A DNA stretch of 64,000 nt, taken from the NCBI GenBank assembly GCA_048941605.1, contig JBHLNL010000004.1:1-64000 (forward strand), given 5' to 3'. This DNA is from Promethearchaeota archaeon. Its GTDB lineage: Archaea; Asgardarchaeota; Lokiarchaeia; Sigyniarchaeales; SOKP01. The position numbers and the translations under genes were made by a program. Of this stretch, positions 1 to 9,134 are shown piece by piece. Below the pieces are notes generated by a model. The model made no database searches. It was not told the origin of the DNA and worked only from the letters and a program-made list of their open reading frames with translations. Numbering within the stretch: position 1 is the first letter of the stretch; every line of letters begins with the position of its first letter.

Positions 1-1773
1 TTCAATGCTTCAAGCGTGATTTGGAACTTGGAAAGAATTACTTGGTTCTGTAATTATACTGGTACCCTTCAAGATAACGCAACATCTTGGTTAGCTTCTC
101 CGTATTCATTATATTACCTCTCTGATACTACCACTCCAATTATAAGCAATTATTATATTAACTCTCAATATAATATTACAGTTGAATTAACAGAACACTT
201 TGCACCATTTTTAGATTTGTTAACTGCTATATCAAGCATTATAGTTTCTCCTTCTTCTACTCCTCGATGGACATATTTAGATTTATTAACAGACGATTTG
301 GTTGGAACAGGTCCTTTCGTATATGAATACTACATTTATGATGTCGAAGTCGGATTTCATTCTTATTCAGATTACTGGCAAGGCGAATCAGACATTGAAG
401 TTTTAATTTTTGCAATCGTTGAAGATGATATAGCAAGAAATTATGGATTTTTAGCACATGACTTTGATTTTATTGATTCAATTATCCCTGAGCTACATGA
501 TGCAATTTTAGCTGATCCTGATTTATTACTTTTTGGTCCATTTGAAAAGCTATGTTACTTCTATTTAGAGTTCTTTTGCGGGGATGAGAGCCACCCCGGG
601 TTAAATATCACATGGAGAAAGGCACTACAATATGCGGTAAATTATACCTACATTATTGATGAAATTTACCAAGGTTCTGTCATAAGAGGTCCTCCTGCAG
701 TTCCTCGTATATTACCCGGTTACAACTCTTCGGTTCAAATTATCGATACTGATATTACCGCTGCAAGACAGTTAATGATGTCAATGTACCCTGCCGAAAC
801 TTCTGGATTAGATGCAACTTACCCAGGTACTACTGAAGCAGGTTGGGCGGCTTTATCTCTTAGAATAGTTCTACTAAATAGACACTATGGTTCTACAACT
901 AATATGTTAGTGAATCAGATTCTAGACCTAACTTTTGCACTTATTGGAGTTGATACTTTCGAAACAATAAGAACATGGGAAGAATATCTCGATACTGGTG
1001 AGAATCATCCATGGGTCATGGAAATCGCTTGGATTGGATGGTGTTGTGATTATCTTGACGCATATACCATGCTTAATCCATTATTTAGCAATTCATCTGC
1101 AAATAATTTTGCTCGTATAAATGATCCATATTTACAATCGTTATTGGAGCAGGCGCAATTAGAGCATGATGCTACAACAAGACAGCAAATCTACATGCAC
1201 ATTCAATCTTATCTATTTGAGATATCAACTCCTGATCACAATTGGAAATATCCACATGCACCACTTTTCGCAACTTATGGTTATTATGCACATCACATCG
1301 ATCTAACAGGGTTTCAATATGATCCTAGAAGTATAGTCTATTTTTATCCTTGTGAATTACCAATTCCACCGCCATCTCCGCCAGGATCATTTATTCTTAT
1401 ATCAGATGCAGATAACCCTGATATAGATGGGAATTGCAACTTATCATGGACCGCCTCTATTGGTGCAGTAAATTATTCTGTTTACAGTTTCAATCATATT
1501 ATCACAGAAATTAATGGTTCATTGGATAACTTAGCTTATCAGACCGCATTAAGTCCATATCCAATTACGGGACTCACTGAAGGTGATCATTATTTCATTG
1601 TGGTAGCTCATAATAACGCTGGAGATACATTATCGAATTCTTATAAAATAATCGTAGAATTTGAAGAAGGACCACCCGAAATAATCCTTGGTTATAACAT
1701 AATACTTATTTGTGTCCTAACTGGAGTAATTTCGTTAATAGGAATCTATTCTTGGCATAGAAAAATCAAATAA
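1..1773 (+). CDS. Extracellular solute-binding protein, family 5 (peptide/nickel ABC-type), 5'-truncated by the window edge, with a C-terminal FN3-like domain and TM anchor
   Basis: The frame of ORF 16..1773 stays open back to base 1. It has an SBP family 5-like core (LVGTGPFVYEYY, DYWQGE). A Pro-rich linker (PIPPPSPPGS) leads to a beta-rich module, then a terminal hydrophobic helix ILICVLTGVISLIGIY followed by HRKIK. Confidence 0.6.
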   Translation, partial: FNASSVIWNLERITWFCNYTGTLQDNATSWLASPYSLYYLSDTTTPIISNYYINSQYNITVELTEHFAPFLDLLTAISSIIVSPSSTPRWTYLDLLTDDLVGTGPFVYEYYIYDVEVGFHSYSDYWQGESDIEVLIFAIVEDDIARNYGFLAHDFDFIDSIIPELHDAILADPDLLLFGPFEKLCYFYLEFFCGDESHPGLNITWRKALQYAVNYTYIIDEIYQGSVIRGPPAVPRILPGYNSSVQIIDTDITAARQLMMSMYPAETSGLDATYPGTTEAGWAALSLRIVLLNRHYGSTTNMLVNQILDLTFALIGVDTFETIRTWEEYLDTGENHPWVMEIAWIGWCCDYLDAYTMLNPLFSNSSANNFARINDPYLQSLLEQAQLEHDATTRQQIYMHIQSYLFEISTPDHNWKYPHAPLFATYGYYAHHIDLTGFQYDPRSIVYFYPCELPIPPPSPPGSFILISDADNPDIDGNCNLSWTASIGAVNYSVYSFNHIITEINGSLDNLAYQTALSPYPITGLTEGDHYFIVVAHNNAGDTLSNSYKIIVEFEEGPPEIILGYNIILICVLTGVISLIGIYSWHRKIK

Positions 1774-1778
1774 AATTC

Positions 1779-1797
1779 CTTTCTTTTTATTTTTTTA
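1779..1797 (+). terminator. Oligo-T tract downstream of the SBP gene (archaeal-type terminator candidate)
   Basis: cctttctttttatttttttaccc lies immediately after the stop codon. Archaeal RNAP is known to terminate at T-runs. Confidence 0.35.
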
Positions 1798-1899
1798 CCC
1801 AAATGAAAAATTTTATTTAATCCCAGTAATTAATCTCCTCATACTATCTCGATGATTTATGAAAATATATCAAAAATTAAATATATTTGAAGGAGATGA

Positions 1900-2277
1900 T
1901 TGAAAATATCATATATTAAATTTAAAATTCCTGATAAACTAAAAGCTCAGCTTAAGAATGCTTTAGGAACTATTGCTGAGACAAGAGATTCCAAGATAAG
2001 GAAGGGAATGAATGAGGTAACAAAATCAATTGAACGTGTTCAAGCAAAATTCGTTGTAATGGCGGAAGATGTTTCTCCACCAGAAATTCTTTTCCATATT
2101 CCATTGCTCTGTGAAGAAAAGAAAATTCCTTATGGATATATTTCAACCAAGAAAGAATTAGGAAATACCGTAAGAATTAATGTATCTTCAAGTGCGATTG
2201 CTATAGAAAATGTTGGTACAGGTAATGAAGGAATATTGAATGATGTAATTAAAAATTTAGAACAAATAAAGAAATAA
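1900..2277 (+). CDS. rpl7ae: 50S ribosomal protein L7Ae (kink-turn binding)
   Basis: 125 aa. Motifs GMNEVTKSIERVQAKFVVMAEDVSPPEI and IPYGYISTKKELG are typical of L7Ae. TTG start with GGAG upstream. Followed by S28e, as in the conserved archaeal operon. Confidence 0.9.
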   Translation: MKISYIKFKIPDKLKAQLKNALGTIAETRDSKIRKGMNEVTKSIERVQAKFVVMAEDVSPPEILFHIPLLCEEKKIPYGYISTKKELGNTVRINVSSSAIAIENVGTGNEGILNDVIKNLEQIKK

Positions 2278-2296
2278 TTTAAGTCGGTGAATATAT

Positions 2297-2542
2297 TTGG
2301 TTAAGCTAGATAAATCTAAAGGAGCCACAGTCCAGGATCTGTCCATTCCAGCTCAAGTAATTCAAGTTATAGGACGAACTGGGCTTACAGGCGAAATCAC
2401 TCAGATTAAAGTAAGGATTCTTGAGGGACCTGATAAAAACCGAATTTTAACCCGAAATGTAAAAGGTCCTGTAAAAATGAATGATATTGTTATCCTACGA
2501 GAAGTCGAAAGGGAAGCAAGAAAGATTAGAGGCAGAAGATAA
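2297..2542 (+). CDS. rps28e: 30S ribosomal protein S28e
   Basis: 81 aa. [27 protein letters not shown]...[20 protein letters not shown] is the S28e signature. Sits directly after L7Ae. Confidence 0.9.
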   Translation: MVKLDKSKGATVQDLSIPAQVIQVIGRTGLTGEITQIKVRILEGPDKNRILTRNVKGPVKMNDIVILREVEREARKIRGRR

Positions 2543-2583
2543 TATATATTGGATGTTTCTTTACAAAATCTTTTATTCTTGTA

Positions 2584-2592
2584 TTTTTTTTT
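2584..2592 (+). terminator. T9 run after the L7Ae-S28e operon, followed by a small palindrome (2601..2616 tttgattaatatcaaa)
   Basis: A run of nine T about 40 nt after the S28e stop. No ORF follows for about 480 nt. Confidence 0.4.
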
Positions 2593-3077
2593 GATAAAAA
2601 TTTGATTAATATCAAATAAAATTAACACAATCTCTGAAAGAAATTAAGATAATTAATCCGATATTTTAAAGAGAGTGCTTCTCCTATTTTTACCTAATTT
2701 AAAATAGTAAATTACTGAAAGCATTAGCCAACATAAAAAAAGAAAAAAAAATTGAGATTATTATCATAATTTGCTTGCAACATAGTTCTTCTCACAATTC
2801 AAGGCATTTGTTAGGAATAATTTAACAATGCATTGTGTATTTTTCATTATAAAAGCACTTTTTTTTGCCTATATAGTAGTCAAATCTGTTTTTAAGCATT
2901 CTTAATTCCAATCATGATAGGTTTATGATAACAAAATTTTGAATTATGATATGCTTTCATAATTTTTGAAGAATGAAAACATTTAAATATTATGTATTTC
3001 ATTTTATAATTGGGTTTCACAAGGTTTGAAATTTGAATAGGTGATTTTGAATTAGCTCAAAAAAACAATCAACAATT

Positions 3078-4790
3078 TTGGAAGAGTCTGAATTCATTAT
3101 TATTGGTGAGATGACACATAGGGATCAGCATCATCTACGCAATTTATTAATTTTTATAATTATCTTGATATTTACTTTATCATTTTTACATTTCAATAAA
3201 ATACAAAGCTATACTAAATATGAAAGGATTCAATTTGAATCATCTGGTGCAATTCTTTATGCAAATTTATATTATCCTTCCAAAGCACTAGATTTTCAAC
3301 AACAAAGACCCCTAGTAATATATTGTCATGGGATTGGATCAAAGCGTGACTTTGATCTTAGGATACCAATAGAATTCACTAAAAGAGGTTTTTATGTTGT
3401 TGCACTTGATTATCAGGGTCACGGTGAGAGTGGGGGTAATATCAACAATATTGATCCTATTACAGGCATTCCTGCGTTAGCCTTAGATTGTTCAAGACTA
3501 TTAGATCATTTGGAAACTTTACTTTTTTATTCAAATGTTAATATTTCTCAAATTGGCTTAATTGGCCATTCACTCGGCGGAATGGTTGTTCTTATGAATC
3601 AAGCTTTAGATTCCCGTTTTAAGGTGACTGTTGCCTTAGCTCCACTTGTAAATTTTGTTCCTCCAAAATTTGGGTTTATTTATAATGAAGATTTTATCAA
3701 GTATATCCCTGTAAACTTACTAACTGAAGAAAATACTGAAAATCTGTTAATTATACATCATGAAAATGATGAGATACTTGACTTTACTGAAAATGCCCTA
3801 AAAGCTCAGGAATTAACAAACTGTACCCTCGTTAGAATGTCAGGATTTATCATTGGAGGAGGACATCAATTATACTCTGATGAAGTTATGGTTAACTCGA
3901 TTAATTGGTTTGAGATTCACTTCTTTGGTTCTTCAATAATAAATGGACCTATAATAATTACATTCTATTTAAACTACATATTAATTTTTATAAACATAAT
4001 AATAATATTCATAATGATTATTTCCCTTATATCGGTATCCAGTCAAATATTTTTTAGAAAGAAAAAATCGGAGAATTCTGATTCATCTAAACATGATTTA
4101 TTAGTTAGAAAATCAAATAAAAAAAAGGAGTCAATCAAAGTAATTCTTTATAGTGGAACTTTCCTATTAAACTGGTTATTATTTGAAAGATTTTTTGGTA
4201 TTATTGGAATTCTTTATGGTTCATTGAGTATGATTTTTATGTATGCTTTTATAAAAATCTACATTCACTTAAAGAAACCAAAAGAAGTAAGAAATAAATA
4301 CAATCTAACGAAAATCATAAAAATGCAGTTAAGATTAAAGTACCTAGTATTTACAATAGTCTGTGTAGCTTATTTTATAGCGGTTTATATGCTTTTTTCA
4401 TTTTATTATCCTTTTGGATTTATTTGGCCATCAAATTTCATCGAATATTTTAGTTTAGGCTATTTGGTCTTTCCTATATTTTTATCAGTTGAATTATTAC
4501 TTAGAAAAGTAATTTACCCGCAACTAATCTATATTAAAAACAAAAATAGAATTATTGTGATTACAGCAATTATGATAATAATAAGCTTGATGCTTTTAAC
4601 CCAAAAATTATCTTTTTTACCATCAGTTTTATTTATGTATTTAATTTTTTTGATGGTTATTATTCAGAATACTAAAATACTCCAAAATGTTAATTCGTTT
4701 TATATAGTTATTTTTACCTCATTTACAATAATTCAAATTTTCTTTGCTACTGTTCTTTCTAATGCGATTGGAGTAAGTATTATCATATAG
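3078..4790 (+). CDS. Alpha/beta-hydrolase (serine hydrolase) fused to a polytopic membrane domain
   Basis: The N-terminal TM helix is followed by a hydrolase core: HGIGSKRD, DYQGHGESGG, nucleophile elbow GHSLGG, and a late GGGHQ. The C-terminal ~290 aa are many hydrophobic helices. TTG start at 3078; an alternative ATG lies at 3111. Confidence 0.6.
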   Translation: MEESEFIIIGEMTHRDQHHLRNLLIFIIILIFTLSFLHFNKIQSYTKYERIQFESSGAILYANLYYPSKALDFQQQRPLVIYCHGIGSKRDFDLRIPIEFTKRGFYVVALDYQGHGESGGNINNIDPITGIPALALDCSRLLDHLETLLFYSNVNISQIGLIGHSLGGMVVLMNQALDSRFKVTVALAPLVNFVPPKFGFIYNEDFIKYIPVNLLTEENTENLLIIHHENDEILDFTENALKAQELTNCTLVRMSGFIIGGGHQLYSDEVMVNSINWFEIHFFGSSIINGPIIITFYLNYILIFINIIIIFIMIISLISVSSQIFFRKKKSENSDSSKHDLLVRKSNKKKESIKVILYSGTFLLNWLLFERFFGIIGILYGSLSMIFMYAFIKIYIHLKKPKEVRNKYNLTKIIKMQLRLKYLVFTIVCVAYFIAVYMLFSFYYPFGFIWPSNFIEYFSLGYLVFPIFLSVELLLRKVIYPQLIYIKNKNRIIVITAIMIIISLMLLTQKLSFLPSVLFMYLIFLMVIIQNTKILQNVNSFYIVIFTSFTIIQIFFATVLSNAIGVSIII

Positions 4791-4818
4791 AAAGAAAATT
4801 TCATATGACTTTATAAAT

Positions 4819-5355
4819 TTGTTCCAAGATACTTTGTATATGTTTTACACAATTTGCGAAGATTTACTTCTATATCAACAATTGACATTAAAACCAGCAA
4901 AATATTCGAATTATGAACTAAAACTTCATAATTATTTTTATAATAAGACACAAATTGACCCCTCATATATCATTCTCATTAAAAGTGAAGATGTAGATTT
5001 CATTTTCTTTTTCATTAAACAGGATCAATATTTTCAAGCAAAAAGTTATTTGAATTCGATGAGGAATAACATCAAACATAAAAAAGTCATGATAATTCGA
5101 TTAGATAATATTCTAATAAACTTGATCTTTAACTTATTTCCTGATCTTTGTATAGATGATATTGAAATTGAAATTAATAAAACAAAAGGAAAATATGAAG
5201 TTTCCATTTGCTTTTTGAGAGAATTAAACATTTACCATATAGCAGTGGGAGAGCGTGGTTGCTACATTAAAGCAGTAAATAAGTTGATGGATAAACATAT
5301 TATATTTGAAAATAGTCAGACTCCTTTAACAATTAAATGCCGGGCAACAGGATAA
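4819..5355 (+). CDS. Hypothetical protein with a possible NusA-like KH domain
   Basis: The C-terminal part, LINLIFNLFPDLCIDDIEIEINKTKGKYEVSICF...IAVGERGCYIKAVNKL, resembles the NusA KH pattern (FI.NAL.P..V..V.I...A.V.V....AIG..G.N). The match is weak. TTG start; alternative ATG at 4840. Confidence 0.3.
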   Translation: MFQDTLYMFYTICEDLLLYQQLTLKPAKYSNYELKLHNYFYNKTQIDPSYIILIKSEDVDFIFFFIKQDQYFQAKSYLNSMRNNIKHKKVMIIRLDNILINLIFNLFPDLCIDDIEIEINKTKGKYEVSICFLRELNIYHIAVGERGCYIKAVNKLMDKHIIFENSQTPLTIKCRATG

Positions 5356-5357
5356 AT

Positions 5358-5951
5358 TTAGAATTTTTTTTCTAAAATCTTGCTTAATTCAGCAATTAAC
5401 CAGCATAACTCGTCATAAGTTGATGAAGATTTATATATTTCTTCATATTTTTTCTTTATATCTTTTTCTGAGGCTTTACCTTTGCCTTTCAGGAAATCTA
5501 GTTGTAGATTTGCGAGCTTTTTGCAGAGATCTTCATAGGAATAGTTTTCTTGAGAAATTTCATGAGTTAATAAGGCTATTTCTGCTTCAAAATCAGGATC
5601 AATTCCCGCTTCAATAAGTTCCATAGTATCTTCATAATCAATTTCTAATTCGGGTCTTTTCTCAAAATATTCTCCCGATCTAAAACCTTTCTCTAAAATG
5701 TCCATTATTGCTAAAAAGGGACCAAATTCTTGACTTTGGTTGATAATTTGGATTTTTACCGTTTTATTTTTCTGTTCTTTGAGTTTTTCAGTTCTCCTTA
5801 TGCTTAAATCTTTCTTTTTTTTAGACGTTTTAGAGCCTATCCATAAATATAAAGTTTTAAAATCATCAATTAAAAAGACTTTATTTTCATTAAAATCTAC
5901 TTTAGAAACCTTTCTTAGAGCTCCATTCTCGCTAATACTATATAAAAGCAT
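5358..5951 (-). CDS. Gelsolin/cofilin-fold domain protein (single gelsolin domain plus a helical C-terminal extension)
   Basis: The N-terminal ~90 aa, LYSISENGALRKVSKVDFNENKVFLIDDFKTLYLWIGSKTSKKKKDLSIRRTEKL...VKIQIINQSQEFGPF, match the gelsolin repeat pattern (D.yil....iy.WiG..as..e...a). Confidence 0.65.
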   Translation of the reverse strand: MLLYSISENGALRKVSKVDFNENKVFLIDDFKTLYLWIGSKTSKKKKDLSIRRTEKLKEQKNKTVKIQIINQSQEFGPFLAIMDILEKGFRSGEYFEKRPELEIDYEDTMELIEAGIDPDFEAEIALLTHEISQENYSYEDLCKKLANLQLDFLKGKGKASEKDIKKKYEEIYKSSSTYDELCWLIAELSKILEKKF

Positions 5952-6044
5952 TATAGTTCTGTGAATTCTTATATATAATATATTAAAAGTAAGTAAATTA
6001 TTGATATAAATTTTTATTACAAGTAAATAAGTAAAAAAGGGGAT

Positions 6045-6260
6045 CTAAAGTCCTTCTTCAACCTTAAAATAATCCAATAATTTAAGGTTGTTGTATTCCT
6101 CGTGAAGGAAATCCCTAAGAGCAGTCCGAATTGCCTCTGACCTTGATGCAACAATTTTCATACCGATAAGTTTTTTAATGTTTTCATCATAAATGTCGGG
6201 CAAATTTATGGTGATATTAACCATTTTCTTCTTTTTTTTCTTTTTATCGGTATCCACCAT
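6045..6260 (-). CDS. Ribbon-helix-helix (CopG/Arc/MetJ-type) DNA-binding protein
   Basis: VNITINLPD beta-strand followed by VASRSEAIRTALRDFL helices. The N-terminal poly-Lys tail may not be translated; an alternative start is M13 at 6224. Confidence 0.6.
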   Translation of the reverse strand: MVDTDKKKKKKKMVNITINLPDIYDENIKKLIGMKIVASRSEAIRTALRDFLHEEYNNLKLLDYFKVEEGL

Positions 6261-6564
6261 TTAACTAACTCCAAGATTTTTTGTTTCTAAAATTCTCTAA
6301 TTTCTAATGATAAAAGTGAATTAGAAAGAAGATATATTCTTTGCCCTTAATTATTCACTCTTTTCCAATATAATATTATAAGTTAAGTATCTATATAAAG
6401 TTGCTGGGGTATTTAAAGCCATCTAATTCATTTGTAAAATAATTTTGATTGTTTAATTATGTAGATGAACATTTAATACTACAAATTAATAGTCTAGTTG
6501 AAAAATTTTTATTACGTATGTAAGATCTCTCGAATTATAGGTAGTGTAATAAAATAATAAAATT

Positions 6565-7257
6565 TTATAAGCGTTCTTCGGGTTTAACATATCTTCCTCT
6601 GGTTGCAATGACTTCAATGTTGCTGATGATTTGATTATACTCTGAAAAGTTAAAATTTTTATATTCTGACTTATAACCTTCGAGAAATGCATTAAAACAA
6701 TATTCAAAATCATTCCCATGAGATGAAATCAATACTCTCTTAAACAAGTGAAGATCTACACTTTTATCTTCTATATTATCAGAATATTCATTTAAACCAA
6801 AATCGATGAGAAAAATAGATTCTTCTGGAGTAACTATAATATTACTTGTAGTAATATCTCCATGGATATGACCATTTAAATGTAACCTTGCTATCATTCT
6901 GCCAATTTCATTCAAGTATTTCAATTTTCGACTATCATCTAAATCAGATAAAATGTCTTTTAACTTAGCACCTTTTATATATTTCATTACAATTGTAGAA
7001 TTATGAGAATCAATTTCAAAAACCTGAGGTACATTAATCCCATAATTTTTTACTCTAATCAAAGCACGAGCTTCGTTTAATGTCCTTTCAGTTCTAATCT
7101 TCTTATCCAAATCTTCAATACGATATTTTTTAGGTATTCTATATTTAAAGATCACTTCTTTCCCAAACCAATGTCCAAAATAGAGATTGGCTTCCGCACC
7201 TTTTCGAATGAGTTTTTCTTTTGTTATTTCAAAGTTCAATTTTATTAAAGCCTCCAT
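6565..7257 (-). CDS. bud32: KEOPS complex Bud32/PRPK kinase
   Basis: IRKGAEANLY, RTLNEARAL, HGDITTSNIIV and LIDFGL motifs. Overlaps the 3' end of kae1 by 13 nt. Confidence 0.85.
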   Translation of the reverse strand: MEALIKLNFEITKEKLIRKGAEANLYFGHWFGKEVIFKYRIPKKYRIEDLDKKIRTERTLNEARALIRVKNYGINVPQVFEIDSHNSTIVMKYIKGAKLKDILSDLDDSRKLKYLNEIGRMIARLHLNGHIHGDITTSNIIVTPEESIFLIDFGLNEYSDNIEDKSVDLHLFKRVLISSHGNDFEYCFNAFLEGYKSEYKNFNFSEYNQIISNIEVIATRGRYVKPEERL

Positions 7258-8261
7258 GGGATGGTTATCTGATCCATTCTCTCTTTTGGTTTAATTATTG
7301 TTTCAGAAACATCATGCCCTCCTTCTGTTTTGTATCTTAAAATTCCAGTCCAACCTATCATTGCACCATTATCACCAGCATACTTTAAAGGTACAACAGC
7401 AAACTTTGCAGCATGTTCTTTACTAATGTATTCAATCATCTGCTGCAGCCTCCTATTAGCAGCAACACCTCCGGTGAGAAGTACTTCCTTTTTTTCCGTG
7501 TGAGCTAATGCTCTTTCAGTAACTTCCGATAACATTCCAAAAGCTGTTTCCTGCAAAGAAAAAGCAACATCATTTAAATTATATTTCTTGTTAAAATCTT
7601 CAGATTCTAGTAGATATCTTGCAGCTGTATATAGTCCGGAAAACGATAAATCCATACCTTTTACTATATAAGGCAAAGGGATATATGTATGTGATTCTCT
7701 CGCTAATTTTTCAATCTTTGGACCCCCAGGATGCTGCAATCCAGCATCTCTAGCAAAAGTATCAATCATATTACCTATTGCTAAATCTAAAGTCTCACCA
7801 AAAATTTGATACCTCTCCGATTCAAAAGCACTAACAATTGTGTTACCACCTGAAACGTACAAGCTTAGAGGGTCGGTAAGATTACACACCTTTCTTCCTA
7901 TTTCAATATGGGCAACACAATGATTAACACCCACAATTGGAATCTCTAAGATTTGACTTAACATACGACTAACCCAAGCTCCAATTTTTAAAACTGGTCC
8001 TAAACCAGGACTTTGACTGAAAGCTATCAAATTTATATGTTTCATAGATATTTTAGCTTCAGTAAGTGCTCTTTCTATAATTTTCATAAAGTTTTTCAAA
8101 TGTTGCTCTCTGACTAAACCAGGATGAAGTCCTCCCTCCTCAGGGATAAAGATGTCATTAATTAAACTGTATATATTTCCTTCAAAATCGAGAATGCCCA
8201 CTGAAAATGTATGTGCTGTAGATTCAATACCTAAGCATAACTTTTTCATTAATTTCACCAA
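7245..8261 (-). CDS. kae1: tRNA N6-adenosine threonylcarbamoyltransferase Kae1 (KEOPS catalytic subunit)
   Basis: 338 aa. CLGIESTAHTFSVGI, VNHCVAHIE, LYVSGGNT and LTGGVAANRRL are typical of Kae1/TsaD. Confidence 0.9.
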   Translation of the reverse strand: MVKLMKKLCLGIESTAHTFSVGILDFEGNIYSLINDIFIPEEGGLHPGLVREQHLKNFMKIIERALTEAKISMKHINLIAFSQSPGLGPVLKIGAWVSRMLSQILEIPIVGVNHCVAHIEIGRKVCNLTDPLSLYVSGGNTIVSAFESERYQIFGETLDLAIGNMIDTFARDAGLQHPGGPKIEKLARESHTYIPLPYIVKGMDLSFSGLYTAARYLLESEDFNKKYNLNDVAFSLQETAFGMLSEVTERALAHTEKKEVLLTGGVAANRRLQQMIEYISKEHAAKFAVVPLKYAGDNGAMIGWTGILRYKTEGGHDVSETIIKPKERMDQITIPWRL

Positions 8262-8365
8262 ATTTTGAATTCAGCTAAGTTAATCCTAGGGTGAAAAATA
8301 GAATTACTTGTTAAGAAATAAAACAGTTTTATTTTTTTAAGTAATTAAAGTTTCTAAAGTATAAT

Positions 8366-8611
8366 CTAGCTGTCAATACTTTTAGTTCGTTTTCGAGGGG
8401 TTCTTCTCGTTGCTTTTGTTTTTGCTGGTCCCTTTCTTTTAAAAATGGTATATCCACATTTTCCACATGACCACCTTTTACGGATTTTAAGTAGATCTTA
8501 AAATCTATCATAGTGGTCAGCAAGGAAGAAGGAAGGGCCACACTTAGGGCATGATCTATGCGTTCTCACTAATTTATTTCCTTCAATTTTATAATAATTC
8601 GAGGAATTCAT
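8366..8611 (-). CDS. rps27ae: 30S ribosomal protein S27ae, reading frame interrupted by an in-frame TAA at 8498..8500
   Basis: Hand translation from the ATG at 8611 gives MNSSNYYKIEGNKLVRTHRSCPKCGPSFFLADHYDRF*DLLKIRKRWSCGKCGYTIFKRKGPAKTKATRRTPRKRTKSIDS*. Both CxxC knuckles of the S27ae zinc ribbon are in one frame. The gene starts 25 nt after S24e, the conserved operon position. The ORF track does not list it. Confidence 0.75.
8483..8505. repeat. Perfect 9-bp-stem / 5-nt-loop inverted repeat inside rps27ae, containing the in-frame stop
   Basis: gattttaag-tagat-cttaaaatc, where cttaaaatc is the exact reverse complement of gattttaag. Confidence 0.9.
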
Positions 8612-8636
8612 CTTAATCTTAAATTTTATAATATAA

Positions 8637-8990
8637 TTAATATTCAAATAGATTTTTATAAGGTTGCTTTCTTTTTTTTAATTGGTAAATTTCAGTTCTT
8701 TTCTCTTTCTCAAGGTTTCGTGTTTGTATATGAAATGGTTCATAGTATTGTAGATCTTTTGAGTTTTCATAAATATATGCTTCCCCCATAGTGTAGGATG
8801 CTCCAAAATGGGTTTCAAGATTTTTGATTATAGTTAATTTCTCATTACTACCTTGCATCGCTGAAATTTTTTTCTTGATTTCCAATCTATTTGGAGTCCC
8901 AGCGCCAAAATGATCAATTCTAAATTTTAATTCAGTTCGATCGATTAATAGATTTTTCTTCTTTTCAACAATTTCTATGTTTAATGACAT
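8637..8990 (-). CDS. rps24e: 30S ribosomal protein S24e
   Basis: 117 aa. KKNLLIDRTELKFRIDHFGAGTPNRLEIKKKI...THFGASYTMGEAYIYE matches S24e. Confidence 0.9.
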   Translation of the reverse strand: MSLNIEIVEKKKNLLIDRTELKFRIDHFGAGTPNRLEIKKKISAMQGSNEKLTIIKNLETHFGASYTMGEAYIYENSKDLQYYEPFHIQTRNLEKEKRTEIYQLKKRKQPYKNLFEY

Positions 8991-9134
8991 ATTTAACGTG
9001 CTTTTTTTGTAATAGACTGTTTCTATACATTAAAGAATTTTACTTAATTATAACATTCAAAAGAATAGGTAAAAAATAAAATTTTGCTTTTTGATCTAAG
9101 TGAGATTTAAAATAAAAATAATGAATAATGATCT

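Noticed and set aside
8470-8520. Canonical bulge-helix-bulge (BHB) archaeal intron around the S27ae insert
   Set aside because: I tried to place 3-nt bulges and a 4-bp central helix on either side of the 7-9 bp hairpin. The flanking tetranucleotides (GAUA/AAAA or UAGA/GUAA) do not pair, so a standard BHB is not supported. The insert is kept as a finding, but without claiming it is a BHB intron.
8329-8541. ORF-track 70-aa minus-strand ORF (MALPSSLLTTMIDFKIYLKS...)
   Set aside because: It is out of frame with S27ae and completely overlaps its coding sequence. It has no recognisable motif and is best explained as a shadow ORF of the interrupted rps27ae gene.
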